Positions 62,858 through 64,000 of a stretch of DNA of 64,000 nt are shown one piece after another. Within the stretch, counting starts at the first letter, position 1. The number at the start of each line of letters is the position of its first letter. The DNA is from Takakia lepidozioides (Eukaryota; Plantae; Bryophyta): the NCBI GenBank assembly GCA_030704615.1, contig CM060733.1, forward strand, positions 8,990,001-9,054,000. The letters run 5' to 3'. The position numbers and the translations under genes were made by a program. Below the pieces are notes generated by a model, which ran no database searches, was not told where the DNA came from, and saw only the letters and a program-made list of their open reading frames with translations.

Positions 62858-64000
62858 ATGACAAAGGGCCAGGACAATGACCGTCATGGAAGAGATGATT
62901 CCAATGAACATAGACCGCCCCCTAAGAAAATCAAAGGGTCAAGGCAAGACTTGAATTGTGAAGTATTTGGTGACCCTAGCATACTAGCAGAAGAGGGCTG
63001 GGAGAATGTTCCAGAAGAGTTCCAGTGGCCGATGGCGAGATGTAAAAAAATCGTGAAATGGTACCACATCAATCGATTGTGGCCTTTGGATAGGCATGAC
63101 GTGCAAACCAGAAACAATTACGCAGAGTCCAGGTCTTGCACGAACTTGCATTTTCAGCATAAGGCGAATGAGATGCATTGCACATTGTGGGGTCAACATC
63201 TCTTACAGGGTCAAATCCCGTACACCTTGGCAGCCATGTTGTACGTGGAGGTCATACTCTTGCGTCCAGTGAATTGACAAACTGCTAGTAAGAGGAACGC
63301 AAGGTTGCTATACGATTTGGAGTACATCCCGGACACGTTCGGAATACAACCGGCTGCAACGTTAGAGGAATAACTAGCGGAAAGAGACCAGCGAATCAGG
63401 ACCCTGCAGGACCGACTAGACTGGCAAACATTGCGCATAGCCGAGTTGGAAGCTAGATTGCAAGACATGCCTCCAAACAATGAAGGCAATGTTGTCCACA
63501 ATGAGGATCGAACAAACGTCGTGGACATGGATGCGGAGTTTGCGATGCCCGATCGTAGTATTGACCTCATCATTCAGGAAGTTACGGACGTCCTTGACCT
63601 TGTGGCCGATGAAACCATGGTTGAGGAACAACGAATTGCGGATGAAAGAATGAGGAAAGGAAAAGAACCAGTACTGGAAACCGGGGAATGCTCGAGGGTC
63701 GCCATTCAATCGGAGATGAACCCGATATTATATGTCGATCGCGTTACAAAGGAGCGGGACATTGTCATGGCAACTGCATAGCGCTTGTCTAAAACGCTGG
63801 AGATTCAGGCATGGGTCCCATTGAATGGTGATTGGGAGAATTGGGTACAATGGACGACCCATTTGGCCTGCAGAGAAGCACGGGTAGAGCGGGCACTGTC
63901 AGGCTTGCAACGTGTCGCACGTATGTCGAACCGTAGCATGGATAGCATTTATGCCAACATGCAAAGGTATAACGATCTCCGCATCGCATCAAGCGTGTTC
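62858..64000 (+). pseudogene. Unknown transposon-associated ORF (381 codons to window end) with three in-frame stops
   Basis: Single frame from ATG 62858; stops TGA 63275, TAA 63371 and TAG 63779; NLS-like PPPKKIK and a coiled-coil-like segment. Confidence 0.65.

Noticed and set aside
62858-64000. U-to-C RNA editing to repair the TAA/TAG stops
   Set aside because: Such editing is organellar and this is nuclear DNA. The TGA is best read as a mutated TGG (Trp). Deamination explains all three stops.

Overview
Nuclear DNA of a land plant, probably seed-free (inferred from a Tcn1-like chromovirus plus PLS-class PPR repeats). There is one intact host gene: an 8-exon TIC32/retinol-dehydrogenase-like short-chain dehydrogenase (6900-12073, +, 320 aa). 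The rest is a deeply nested transposon cluster. (i) An old tRNA-Ala-primed LTR element is interrupted by a non-autonomous CACTA element (13959-21986, TSD TTG), which itself holds a near-intact Galadriel-type Ty3/gypsy chromovirus (14508-21477, TSD TGATA). (ii) A decayed CACTA Tnp2 transposase gene lies directly downstream of a proline-rich ORF carrying a SET-domain-like fold. (iii) A 10.5-kb CACTA element (36411-46944, TSD AAC) contains a Pack-CACTA (40312-45357, TSD CTT). (iv) A Tcn1-like chromovirus remnant is split by a second Pack-CACTA (48122-53882, TSD GGT). (v) A hAT transposase pseudogene sits between long arrays of GCGACCGCC-N-GGCGGTCGC palindromes and is followed by an unknown ORF. 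The most interesting signals are the CACTA-linked SET-like ORF, the OSB-type PDF motifs joined to PLS-PPR repeats in both Pack-CACTAs, a twin hairpin with complementary loops in the chromovirus 3' UTR, and inverted LINE copies bracketing exons 3-5 of the host gene. All calls were made by eye, with no database searches.
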